Source of the DNA: a virus
Length of the DNA: 37,180 nt
Virus record (IMG/VR): IMGVR_UViG_3300031920_000103
Location: 74,694-111,873 of that record
Strand: one strand, 5' to 3'
Shown: in pieces, positions 17,290 through 25,307 of the stretch
How the letters are laid out: each line of letters opens with the position of its first letter
Position numbering within the stretch: the stretch's first letter is position 1
The notes under the pieces: generated by a model
The model's database searches: none
The model's input: only the letters and a program-made list of their open reading frames with translations
What the model was told of the DNA's origin: nothing
Made by a program: the position numbers and the translations under genes

Positions 17290-17886
17290 TTATTCTTTCG
17301 TGGCTTTCAAGGATGCGACTACTTCGCGGGCCTTGGCGACCGTTTCCTCGGTATCAAAGTGCAGCGAATTGGTTGCGGGTAAGTTGGGCGGGGTATCCAT
17401 GAATCTGGTACTCCACCCGGATTGGTCGGTGATAACCGGCCCGACTTCGGGCGGTAAACTTTTTGACATATCGGCAAGCGACGTGTGGTGCCAATGCGTG
17501 CCGTCGATCTGCGTCTCAAGCATAACGCCGTCAGCAACAACGATATGCGAGTGCACACCCTCGTACCGATTGTCGCCGGGCGGGTGCCTGTGCACACCGT
17601 CTTCGCGAGTCTCGACAATGGTGCCGTCTGGCAAACGCAAAACGTGTGTGTGCATTCCATCGGTAGGAAGCACGCCCGGTGCGTTGTCGTCGTAATGTTG
17701 GTACGCGTGCAAGTGGCTACCACCAACCTCTGTCGCGACAACTGTGCCGTCTGCGAGTCGGATCAGATGCGAGTGCAATCCGTGATCGCCCTCGCCTTCT
17801 GCGCCCTCGAAATTATCTTTCGCAACGTCAGCGCCTTTAGCCGCGCCGCGCCTTTTCGAGATGTCGTACCGATTGCCCCAAGTCAT
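17290..17886 (-). CDS. His-rich GxHxH-repeat protein (putative metal binding)
   Basis: Six G-x-H-x-H motifs in three tandem repeats; start uncertain (17886, 17892 or 17922). Confidence 0.75.
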   Translation of the reverse strand: MTWGNRYDISKRRGAAKGADVAKDNFEGAEGEGDHGLHSHLIRLADGTVVATEVGGSHLHAYQHYDDNAPGVLPTDGMHTHVLRLPDGTIVETREDGVHRHPPGDNRYEGVHSHIVVADGVMLETQIDGTHWHHTSLADMSKSLPPEVGPVITDQSGWSTRFMDTPPNLPATNSLHFDTEETVAKAREVVASLKATKE

Positions 17887-17995
17887 GATCATAGAAATAA
17901 CACGTCGCGTTTGAAATATCACGCGGTTTGCGTTTCTGATGTTGCCAAGGATAACTCCACAAGTAGATGGGGAGTCAATGCCCGAAACGCAAAGT

Positions 17996-18304
17996 CTAGT
18001 GCCCGTCAGTCGTCTGCCACGTCATGCGCTTGTCGGGCTCCCACGAAACTCCGTCGAGTTCGTAGCGCAAATACTCGGCTAAGTGATCGATAATTCTCTC
18101 GATACCCCAACTCAGGTCGCCGCGCAGTTGCTTAAAAAGACGCTCACAGATCTGAAATCTGCGCTTTACCTCGTCGGTCGTCATGGTGCTCCCGTCGATC
18201 GCAAAGCTCGTCGTGATCGCCATCTCGAAACCTAGCGTCACCTTGCCAACGTTGGCGGGGCTGCCAACCAACTCTTTGAATGATCCCGTAAATTCCATCG
18301 CCAT
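17996..18304 (-). CDS. Hypothetical protein in the head module
   Basis: 102 aa ORF with its own putative leaderless promoter. Confidence 0.7.
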   Translation of the reverse strand: MAMEFTGSFKELVGSPANVGKVTLGFEMAITTSFAIDGSTMTTDEVKRRFQICERLFKQLRGDLSWGIERIIDHLAEYLRYELDGVSWEPDKRMTWQTTDGH

Positions 18305-18310
18305 AGCGGC

Positions 18311-18339
18311 ACTCTAAGGCGGGTGCGGGTTTGTGGCAA
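18311..18339 (-). promoter_or_regulatory. Putative leaderless promoter
   Basis: TTGCCA-17 bp-TAGAGT, 6 nt before ATG 18304. Confidence 0.6.
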
Positions 18340-18342
18340 GAC

Positions 18343-18990
18343 TTAGACAACCGGGACAACCGCTTGTTGTGCCCGGTGCGCGGTGTCCTCATCCGGGTAC
18401 CGGCCTATGTAGACCTTCTTGCCGTCTTTGCGGCCCCACGCCTCCCAAGCGCCATTCTTGAAACGCACGCCGGGGTACTTGTTGCGCTTGGGTTTGATCT
18501 TTGCCTCTGCGACTTCCGCGTAGTTGTTGCGCCGCTTGGGAAAGTTGAGCGGTGCTGTTGGGTGGTGCTTGCACACGTACTCGTCGCGGGCAAGCGCGGC
18601 GAGTCGGTCGGTAGGCCACGAGCCTAGGTGCACTTGCTTATTGCCGTAGTTGACGTACGCGCTGAAGTTCCCCCCGTCGATCATACGCACGCCGCGAAAA
18701 CCGAGTGCAGCCTTTGTCGGTTTGGTTTGGTTGTGCGGGTTTTCGGATGCGGTAACGATCCGAAGATTCGAGCGGCGGTTGTCGAGCTTGTCGCCGTTGA
18801 TATGGTCGACGTGCTTTGTTGCGGGTGAGCCCATGATCCAGCGGTGCAGATAGACTCGGTGCCCGCCTATGTCTGCCGCCGCGTACCCGTTCTGTGTGTT
18901 CCAGCGCTTCTCCAAGAGCAACAGGGAGCTGAACACGTCTGCGTCTACGAGGGTGAACCCGCGATTTAGCGGCCATTTGTTTAGTGCCAT
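18343..18990 (-). CDS. Free-standing HNH homing endonuclease with AP2-like DNA-binding domains
   Basis: YLHRWIM...VDHINGDKLDNRRSNLR.VT..EN.HN (HNH), then FRGV...HLG.W....AALARD...LNFP and KYPGV...YIGRY..E..AH.A (two AP2-like units). Confidence 0.93.
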   Translation of the reverse strand: MALNKWPLNRGFTLVDADVFSSLLLLEKRWNTQNGYAAADIGGHRVYLHRWIMGSPATKHVDHINGDKLDNRRSNLRIVTASENPHNQTKPTKAALGFRGVRMIDGGNFSAYVNYGNKQVHLGSWPTDRLAALARDEYVCKHHPTAPLNFPKRRNNYAEVAEAKIKPKRNKYPGVRFKNGAWEAWGRKDGKKVYIGRYPDEDTAHRAQQAVVPVV

Positions 18991-18996
18991 GCCGTA

Positions 18997-19025
18997 GCGC
19001 TAGCACGTGCGCAACACACGGTCAA
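18997..19025 (-). promoter_or_regulatory. Putative leaderless promoter of the HNH-AP2 gene
   Basis: TTGACC-17 bp-TAGCGC with an extended TG, 6 nt before ATG 18990. Confidence 0.5.
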
Positions 19026-19039
19026 GGTGCGAATACGCA

Positions 19040-20125
19040 CTAAACTACGGGTACAATGGTTGAGCGGCACATTCCGTGAAGTGGGGGCATTTGGATCCCG
19101 GCCGCCTCAAGTTGTGAATTGTTCAGCCCTTTCGAGTAATCGCCAACCCGATCTTTTCCGCCTAGGCCCGGTTTGTCTATCTGCGCGACGCGTTGCTTGT
19201 CGCCTTTGTCGTCGCGGTAAACGATCACCTTGTTGCCGTCGTCGTCGGTGGAATCCCAAGACCACGGGGCCTCGGTCTTTACTTCTTTGGGCTCGGGTAG
19301 CGCATCGAGTTGGTCGTATTTGTTGAGCCCGGATTTTGTCGTGAACTCGCGCCCGTGCATGTAGCGGCAAATCTCGGTTGTGCGCTCATCAAGCACAGCG
19401 TCGAAAGTGTAGGTCTCGATCCCCGCCTCATCGTACGAGGCTAGCTGACCGTAAACTCGCGATCGGTTGGTGTGCGCAGCGGCAACAACCGTCCAATAAC
19501 TTTTGTTCCGCCTTATCGCGCCGCCGCCAATTTCCCGTCTAAGATTTTTTCCGATGTCGTCGCGGCTGAGTCCGTTGTTTAGCCCATCGCCAACAATGCG
19601 CCGCGCCTTGACAGAGTAGGCGTCAATGCGCCGCCCGTATTCGTCGGTGACAAAGTTTGTTTGCGACGTAACAAGTTTGTCGACGATCGCTGCGTCGCGT
19701 TCGTTGAACGCCAACCCGATGTCTAGCACGAGCCGCCGCGAGGTTGAAACCTTAGCGCCGTTTACTACTTTCTCGCCGGTGGCTTGCAGCGTCGTCGATA
19801 TCTTTGGGAGCGTCTGCGCGGCAATCGGTGCGAGCGATTCACTCGACGCTAGGATCACCTCATCCATTTGCGCGACCGTCATGTTTGGCCAATCAACGTC
19901 GAGTGCGTCTAGTGCCTCGCGCAATGCCTTTGCCTCGACACCCGCGTTTGTGCGGCGCATCGAGTTAGATAGCGTTGTGACGATCTGTTTGTAGTCGTCT
20001 GGATCGAGAGGGTCGAGTGCTTTGGCTAGGTGCACGCTGTAGTAGTTTTCGATCAGATCGTCGGCTGCGTCTGCGGCCTCGCGCAGCAATCCAAGATCTT
20101 CGAGCACTGCGTCAGTAGTGCACAC
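19040..20125 (-). CDS. Head morphogenesis / minor capsid protein (Mu F / SPP1 gp7 family)
   Basis: AVLDERTTEICRYMHG and PPLHGMCRSTI motifs; directly after the portal gene. Confidence 0.9.
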   Translation of the reverse strand: MCTTDAVLEDLGLLREAADAADDLIENYYSVHLAKALDPLDPDDYKQIVTTLSNSMRRTNAGVEAKALREALDALDVDWPNMTVAQMDEVILASSESLAPIAAQTLPKISTTLQATGEKVVNGAKVSTSRRLVLDIGLAFNERDAAIVDKLVTSQTNFVTDEYGRRIDAYSVKARRIVGDGLNNGLSRDDIGKNLRREIGGGAIRRNKSYWTVVAAAHTNRSRVYGQLASYDEAGIETYTFDAVLDERTTEICRYMHGREFTTKSGLNKYDQLDALPEPKEVKTEAPWSWDSTDDDGNKVIVYRDDKGDKQRVAQIDKPGLGGKDRVGDYSKGLNNSQLEAAGIQMPPLHGMCRSTIVPVV

Positions 20126-20126
20126 G

Positions 20127-22088
20127 TTAGCCCTCGTTTGCGTCGTCGTCTACGTCTGCCTTTGTTGCCATGAATTCGTCGCTAGCCATTTGCAACTCGG
20201 CCTCGTGTATCGTGTTGCGGAACTGGATCAATTTCTTGGCGCTATCAAACAACTCGTCTTTTTCGATCGGAGGTAGTCGACGAAATTTGCGCGGCTGCTT
20301 TTTCTTTTTCTTGCCGCCCGCTTTGAGGTCGTCTGTCGAGGTGTCGGCCGCCTCTTTGCCGTCGCTCGCGCCGCCCGTTGCCTTCGGCGCTTTTGGGTCT
20401 TTGGTGTCGCGCTCTGCGGGCGGTGTGTTCGGTTCCGCGCGCGTTGCGGGATCGAAAGCCTCCTCGGGAATGAACCCGGAAGCGGTCATCACTAGCGGCT
20501 GATTTGCCCAGAACTCGTCGATCTGCGGAAACGGTTTGTTGAAAACGTCTTCGGCAAGGTTGCGCGCCTCGCCCGGCAGGATGATGCCATCGCGTACCAT
20601 GCCGCGAATCATCTCAGACAGCCTTGCGGGGTCTTTCGAGATCGGGCCTAGGCTCGTGAACTTCCAAAAGCGTATACCAAGATCGGTCAGAATCTTGCGA
20701 TTCATCGTCCAATCAAACTCCTCTCGCTCGGGCTGGAAAACCTGCATCTCGGCAAAAAGTAGTGCGGCCTCTGCGGTCGATCTATTGAAATCGCGAATGT
20801 CACCGCGAAGCATACGAGGCAAACGAAACGACTGCCCAACCTTGTCGATGTTGCGCTCATCATAATTCTGAAATAGCGCGTCGCTTTGTTGTGCTTGCGT
20901 TAGCGGCTTGATCTCGATCTTCACTTGTCCGGAGTTTGGCGTTGCGTTGCTATCCGCCTCAATAAACAAAATCTTGTGAAAGTTTTTCTTTCCCTTGATC
21001 TCGTTGTCTACAAAATCTTGGATGCGCGTTACAGCCTCGTCGGTCATGCGCCCGCCAGATACGAGAACGGCAAGAGGCGGCACGCTCTTGTTCTCGAAAT
21101 ACATAAAGTTGACCTCTTCGGCCTGACGGTTTCCGAGCACTGCGAGCAACGCGCCGATCCAACGTGGCACGCCGTACGACGATCGCGGTGAATGTATTTT
21201 GAAGTGCAACATCTCGGTTGCGGGGCCGGTAAGCCCGAGACCGTCCGGATCCTCTGCGGCCTTCAGCGCGTCTTCGTCTACGAACGTCTCGCCGGTTCTG
21301 CGAGACATAACGCGTTCGTCGCCTAGCTCTTTGAAGTACACTTTTCCGCTAGTGTTGCCGGCGATGATCTGCACGTACCTACGAAACTGTTTTGGGCGCT
21401 CGACGACATCAAGCGAAAGCTCTGATACACGCACGCGCTCTTGCACAACAACGCAATCTTTTTTGCGCTGCGGCATTAGCCGCATTGTGTGCGACGGCAC
21501 GAAAGTAAACTGCGCGATCTTGCCGCCTTTGTTGCGCACGATTTCCCAGTAGCTATTTCCCGTTACCTCGATGTCTTGCCGGGTCTTGCGTCGGTGCGTG
21601 ATAAAGCTGGAATCAGCGCAGCAAAAATCAAAGAACGCGTTTACGCGCGCTTTCTCTTGGCGCATCTCGCGCACAAGTTTTTCTTTCGCGGCCTCGACTT
21701 CTTTGTCAGTCGGCATGGTCGCTTTGTCACTACCTTGCGCTACGCGGTCGACGAAAATTGCGTTTGCGATCCGCTCGTCAGCGTCCTCTGCCATCGGGTC
21801 GATAACAGGCTCTAGCTTGTAGCCAAAGCCGTCGATGTTCGTTTGGTACGCGTCGATGTTTTGGCGTAGCGCGTTCGAGTGCTCAAGCAACATGCACAGC
21901 GTCTCGGGACTGTGCGGCGGTACTAGCGCGCCGGCACTTTCAAAGCTCGCGTGCTTGTCTTCGTACGGCAGCGAATTGGTCGCCCCGCCTTTCGCAACTG
22001 CGGTTTTTTCGGATACGAAATGAACCTTTACGATCTCAGCCCGATCGTCTTCGGCCTTAACGACTGCTAGCTCATGCCCTTTATCCAC
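20127..22088 (-). CDS. Portal protein (PBSX XkdE-like)
   Basis: DIEVTGNSYWEIVRN, EMLHF...SSYGVPRW, YFENKSVP, FRLP..LRG...FNRSTA and F.PER motifs. Confidence 0.93.
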   Translation of the reverse strand: MDKGHELAVVKAEDDRAEIVKVHFVSEKTAVAKGGATNSLPYEDKHASFESAGALVPPHSPETLCMLLEHSNALRQNIDAYQTNIDGFGYKLEPVIDPMAEDADERIANAIFVDRVAQGSDKATMPTDKEVEAAKEKLVREMRQEKARVNAFFDFCCADSSFITHRRKTRQDIEVTGNSYWEIVRNKGGKIAQFTFVPSHTMRLMPQRKKDCVVVQERVRVSELSLDVVERPKQFRRYVQIIAGNTSGKVYFKELGDERVMSRRTGETFVDEDALKAAEDPDGLGLTGPATEMLHFKIHSPRSSYGVPRWIGALLAVLGNRQAEEVNFMYFENKSVPPLAVLVSGGRMTDEAVTRIQDFVDNEIKGKKNFHKILFIEADSNATPNSGQVKIEIKPLTQAQQSDALFQNYDERNIDKVGQSFRLPRMLRGDIRDFNRSTAEAALLFAEMQVFQPEREEFDWTMNRKILTDLGIRFWKFTSLGPISKDPARLSEMIRGMVRDGIILPGEARNLAEDVFNKPFPQIDEFWANQPLVMTASGFIPEEAFDPATRAEPNTPPAERDTKDPKAPKATGGASDGKEAADTSTDDLKAGGKKKKKQPRKFRRLPPIEKDELFDSAKKLIQFRNTIHEAELQMASDEFMATKADVDDDANEG

Positions 22089-22094
22089 TGCTCG

Positions 22095-22123
22095 ACTCTA
22101 GTTGTCTTGTCGTGGTTTGTCTA
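22095..22123 (-). promoter_or_regulatory. Putative leaderless promoter of the portal gene
   Basis: TAGACA-17 bp-TAGAGT, 6 nt before GTG 22088. Confidence 0.6.
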
Positions 22124-22131
22124 GGTTGGTC

Positions 22132-22437
22132 CTAGGCGGGGTCGTGCCCAAACAGGTTCGCGAACGGTGCGCCGCCCGCAACGTTGGTAACAATGCGCAT
22201 GAAACCAACAGCTTTGGGGAGTACGTTAGCGCCCGAATCTTCGGTGCTATAGAATTTCTCGACAGAGATGTTTGTGATCAGATTGATCCAATTTGTGCCG
22301 TCAAGAGAAACGTCGATCGAGTAGTTCCCGCCGTCAGGTTTGATATGGATCGACTTGAACGAGTAGCGATCGACCGGTAGCGCTGTGCCGACTGCGACTG
22401 CGCCGTTGATGTTGAAAGTTTCGTGGTTTGCTTGCAT
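22132..22437 (-). CDS. Small beta-sandwich (discoidin/jelly-roll-like) protein, possibly virion-associated
   Basis: YSIDVSLDGTNW...FMRIV pattern. Confidence 0.6.
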   Translation of the reverse strand: MQANHETFNINGAVAVGTALPVDRYSFKSIHIKPDGGNYSIDVSLDGTNWINLITNISVEKFYSTEDSGANVLPKAVGFMRIVTNVAGGAPFANLFGHDPA

Positions 22438-22440
22438 CGT

Positions 22441-22704
22441 CTAGCCCTGCCTAACACCTAGGTTTGACGCCGCGATCGATCGCTTGCGTCGTGTTGGTGC
22501 GAGCCCTTCGGTGTACACGAGGATCCGACCGTCTGTGCAAAACGAGACCGTGCGGACGCTGTAGCCTTTGGCCTCAACCGCCTTGCGCGCCGCCTTGCGC
22601 GTGTTGTCGTGGCCGATAGCCCTCACGTACAGATCCTCAAGCCTAGCCGTTGTGCCCTTGGCACGGTCGACTAGGAAAAGTGACACTGTGTGCTTGGTCG
22701 CCAT
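22441..22704 (-). CDS. Small basic hypothetical protein
   Basis: ATG 22704 preceded by TTGGCC-17 bp-TAGGGT (22713-22741). Confidence 0.6.
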   Translation of the reverse strand: MATKHTVSLFLVDRAKGTTARLEDLYVRAIGHDNTRKAARKAVEAKGYSVRTVSFCTDGRILVYTEGLAPTRRKRSIAASNLGVRQG

Positions 22705-22827
22705 CGGCCACGACCCTAGCGCATTTCGCCGCGTAGGCCAAGCAACTGATCGAGTCGATGCGAAAGGTAGATCCCGCTTCATCTCGATTTTTAGAAAAGA
22801 AATTTTCCGGTGGCGAACGCCGCCGTG

Positions 22828-22847
22828 TCTTTTTCTTTAGAAAAAGA
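22828..22847. promoter_or_regulatory. Perfect inverted repeat, operator-like
   Basis: TCTTTTTCT-TT-AGAAAAAGA. Confidence 0.5.
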
Positions 22848-22877
22848 ACTTACTGTATAAGCTAAAAGGGGAACGTC

Positions 22878-22926
22878 TATGTAGTCCACTTTGATTAACG
22901 CCCCTTATGTAGTCCACTTTGATTAA
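22878..22926. repeat. 21-bp direct repeat x2
   Basis: TATGTAGTCCACTTTGATTAA at 22878-22898 and 22906-22926. Confidence 0.9.
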
Positions 22927-22950
22927 AATATTAGCAACCTTGGCCAGTTT

Positions 22951-23463
22951 CTACTGGTCTAATCGCGGCAAAGGCGCGCTCTTGGCCTCGCGCTGCACGG
23001 TGTCGTAATCTGGGAGTTTCGGCGATGTAAATGCTTTGCTAGCCGACTTGGTAGCCTTGTCTAGTCGCCTGTTTGCCTTGCTCGCCCGGATCGATGCTAG
23101 CCTCTTTTCGCGTTCCGCGCGCTCTGCTCGGGTGCGTGGTGAGTCGTCTTCGATCGCGTCCTCTACCCACTCCTCAAGCTCGACTACCCAACCCTCTAGA
23201 TCGTCGATGCGCTGCAAATGGTTGTCTAGCTCGTTGTCGTACGAGTCGAAAGTTTCTTGTATGCTGTCGTACGCCGCGCGTGCGCGCGTATCGCTTAGCG
23301 CCGTAGACTCAGCCATTGCAACATCAGCAACTTTTGTCGCTTTGCTCGATGCGTCTTGGCCTGTCTCGCGTGCGTCGTACCAACCGAGGATCGCGACAAC
23401 TACCGCCGCCCATGGTATAGAATCTTTTGCAGCCTTGGCCGCTTTGCTTTTAGTCTCCCCCAA
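22951..23463 (-). CDS. Membrane-anchored coiled-coil protein
   Basis: IPWAAVVVAILGWY hydrophobic segment, then heptad-like helices; likely TTG start at 23463 after GGGGGA. Confidence 0.6.
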   Translation of the reverse strand: MGETKSKAAKAAKDSIPWAAVVVAILGWYDARETGQDASSKATKVADVAMAESTALSDTRARAAYDSIQETFDSYDNELDNHLQRIDDLEGWVVELEEWVEDAIEDDSPRTRAERAEREKRLASIRASKANRRLDKATKSASKAFTSPKLPDYDTVQREAKSAPLPRLDQ

Positions 23464-23492
23464 AATCGTGTCCCCCAGGATACTGTACCACC

Positions 23493-24095
23493 ATGCAAAC
23501 ACCACAAGATGCGTTTAACGCGATGATGTCCAAATTGAGATCGGAGGGCGTGCGCGTTTCCGACAAGACCGGTTGGTTTTGGAACGCGATGCACTACGCG
23601 GTCATGCTGATAACGTTCGGCGGGAATCGGAGATTCCGAGAATACTACACCACGATCGGGCCGGTGATCGGCGTGCCGCTTGGTTGGGAAAAGCGCGGCT
23701 ATGCCGACCGATACGCAACGCTAAAACACGAGTATCGGCACGTCAGGCAATTCCGAAAAGGCGGGCTCGGGTCTGCGTGGCTCGGAATTCTTACCACCGG
23801 CACCGCGTATCTTTTGCTACCTTTGCCGGTTGGCTTTGCTTGGTGTCGTTGGCGCATGGAGCGCGCCGCATACGCGGAGGGGATCCGCGCGTACCTATCG
23901 CTCAAGCCTAGCGCCTCTGAGCGCGACCGCCGCATTGCTAGCGCCACCGATCAACTTACGGGTGGCGCGTACGCGTGGACCGCCGCGCTATGGCCCGGCC
24001 GCAAACGCGTAGAGGCTTGGTTTCAGAGCGCTGTGCCCCTCATCCCTAGCGCCAACTCGCCGCGCCTGCATCTCGCGGTCGCCGATAACGAGTAG
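23493..24095 (+). CDS. HExxH zinc metallopeptidase-like membrane protein, antisense orientation
   Basis: YTTIG...TLKHEYRHVRQ...YLLLPLP...RMERAAY (HExxH plus a downstream E); TACTGT 6 nt before the ATG. Confidence 0.75.
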   Translation: MQTPQDAFNAMMSKLRSEGVRVSDKTGWFWNAMHYAVMLITFGGNRRFREYYTTIGPVIGVPLGWEKRGYADRYATLKHEYRHVRQFRKGGLGSAWLGILTTGTAYLLLPLPVGFAWCRWRMERAAYAEGIRAYLSLKPSASERDRRIASATDQLTGGAYAWTAALWPGRKRVEAWFQSAVPLIPSANSPRLHLAVADNE

Positions 24096-24311
24096 CCCAA
24101 CAGCGCGCCGCCTGACGATCGTGTCGGGCCGGTGCGGGCCGTTTACGAATTCCAGGCAACGACCGACCATTGCGGTCAGGTCGCCGTCAGCGAGCGCTGA
24201 CAAGTCCTTACGGGGTAGCTCGAAAGCACAACCGGCGCAGATTAGGATTTGCGCGCTGTGTTGCCGATTGCAGTTTGCACAAGTCTCGAAGGTGTGGATT
24301 GTGTTCGTCAT
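23988..24311 (-). CDS. Zinc-ribbon hypothetical protein
   Basis: CANC and CAGC; GGGGG RBS; 3' end overlaps the convergent plus-strand gene by 108 bp. Confidence 0.5.
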   Translation of the reverse strand: MTNTIHTFETCANCNRQHSAQILICAGCAFELPRKDLSALADGDLTAMVGRCLEFVNGPHRPDTIVRRRAVGLLVIGDREMQARRVGARDEGHSALKPSLYAFAAGP

Positions 24312-24358
24312 GGTTTGACCCCCCACCGCCTGCGAGATTGGATTTCAACGAATCCGAT

Positions 24359-24385
24359 CCCGCCACAAATGGCGGGGTTTTTCTT
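24359..24385 (+). terminator. Intrinsic terminator on the plus strand
   Basis: CCCGCCA-CAAA-TGGCGGG followed by GTTTTTCTT. Confidence 0.6.
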
Positions 24386-24443
24386 GGAGTCTTTGATCGC
24401 TGCGGTGCATGTTTCGAGTCAATGGTTGGCCCCCTTTGCAAGT

Positions 24444-24710
24444 TTATTTTTTCTCGGCCAAGCGCGTCTCAGAATCGCACCGCAAAATCGTGTTCGCGAG
24501 GTCGATCGCTATGGTGGGATCTCCGGGGTCCGCTAACTCGTAGGTAGCCGGGAATCCCGGATCCCCTATTGCGCGCGATATGCCTTGCGCGCCAGACCAC
24601 AAAATCGTCAGGCGTGTGGTGTGTGCGTCTAGCTCGAAATCCTCTGCGAGCCTGTCGGCGTGGTACGGGATCGAAAGCGCGTCAGCGAGTAGTGCGGTTT
24701 TGTGGCTCAT
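24444..24710 (-). CDS. Hypothetical protein
   Basis: ATG 24710 overlaps the upstream stop (ATGA). Confidence 0.55.
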   Translation of the reverse strand: MSHKTALLADALSIPYHADRLAEDFELDAHTTRLTILWSGAQGISRAIGDPGFPATYELADPGDPTIAIDLANTILRCDSETRLAEKK

Positions 24711-24979
24711 ACTTTTCGTTTCCTCATGCAAGGTGCGCACTTCTGCGGCTTGCGGTTTACTGCGGGCATTTTGCAGTCTGTTGTTTTGCACCGGTACGGA
24801 ATGATCGCGGTGATTCCGCGAGAAGACGGTTTCATAAACTTACCCGCGATCTTTGCCGACATCGATCGCCCGTCGTCTAGTTGGTTCGCGATCCCGCGAT
24901 ACCCGAGCGCGTAGCATACCGCGCACCGATAGCGTCCCATGCCGCCGCCCGGTTTCCAGTCGTGAGTTTCACAGAGCAT
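24707..24979 (-). CDS. Cys-rich zinc-binding hypothetical protein
   Basis: CETH, CAVC, CKTTDC and CAPC motifs; coupled to neighbours. Confidence 0.6.
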   Translation of the reverse strand: MLCETHDWKPGGGMGRYRCAVCYALGYRGIANQLDDGRSMSAKIAGKFMKPSSRGITAIIPYRCKTTDCKMPAVNRKPQKCAPCMRKRKV

Positions 24980-25286
24980 CAGTAAGAATATTTATTAGTA
25001 GTTTGCGGTCGTCGGAATCGTCGAGGCAAAGCGCCTCTGCACCCTCGACCGCAATCGTGATTCGCATCTTTCGGTTTCGTAGATAGAACGCGTCAAAGCA
25101 TTGGGCAAGTTTTTGATCTTCGATGTAGAACAATTTTTGTGGCTCCTCGTGCCCCATCAAAACGGGTGGGTGCTTAGCGTCGATCAACACTTGCCCTAGC
25201 CGTAGCTCCGGTGCCGCCGTCCACGCCTTGCGCAACGCGGCTAGTACCGCGTCTATTTCTTGCTCTCGTTTGTTTGCTTCGCTCAT
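24969..25286 (-). CDS. YihD/DUF1040-like small phage protein
   Basis: IDAVLAALRKAW...PELRLGQVL...FYIED..L pattern. Confidence 0.6.
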   Translation of the reverse strand: MSEANKREQEIDAVLAALRKAWTAAPELRLGQVLIDAKHPPVLMGHEEPQKLFYIEDQKLAQCFDAFYLRNRKMRITIAVEGAEALCLDDSDDRKLLINILTDAL

Positions 25287-25307
25287 CGATCATCGATCAT
25301 CGATCAT
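25284..25307. repeat. 7-bp tandem repeat over a start codon
   Basis: (CATCGAT)x3 plus CAT. Confidence 0.85.

Noticed and set aside
22878-22926. Mini CRISPR array
   Set aside because: Only two repeats with a 7-bp spacer and no cas genes; the same applies to 33506-33549.
22951-23463. Holin or spanin assignment for the TM plus coiled-coil protein
   Set aside because: No adjacent endolysin or lipoprotein partner is visible; topology alone is insufficient.
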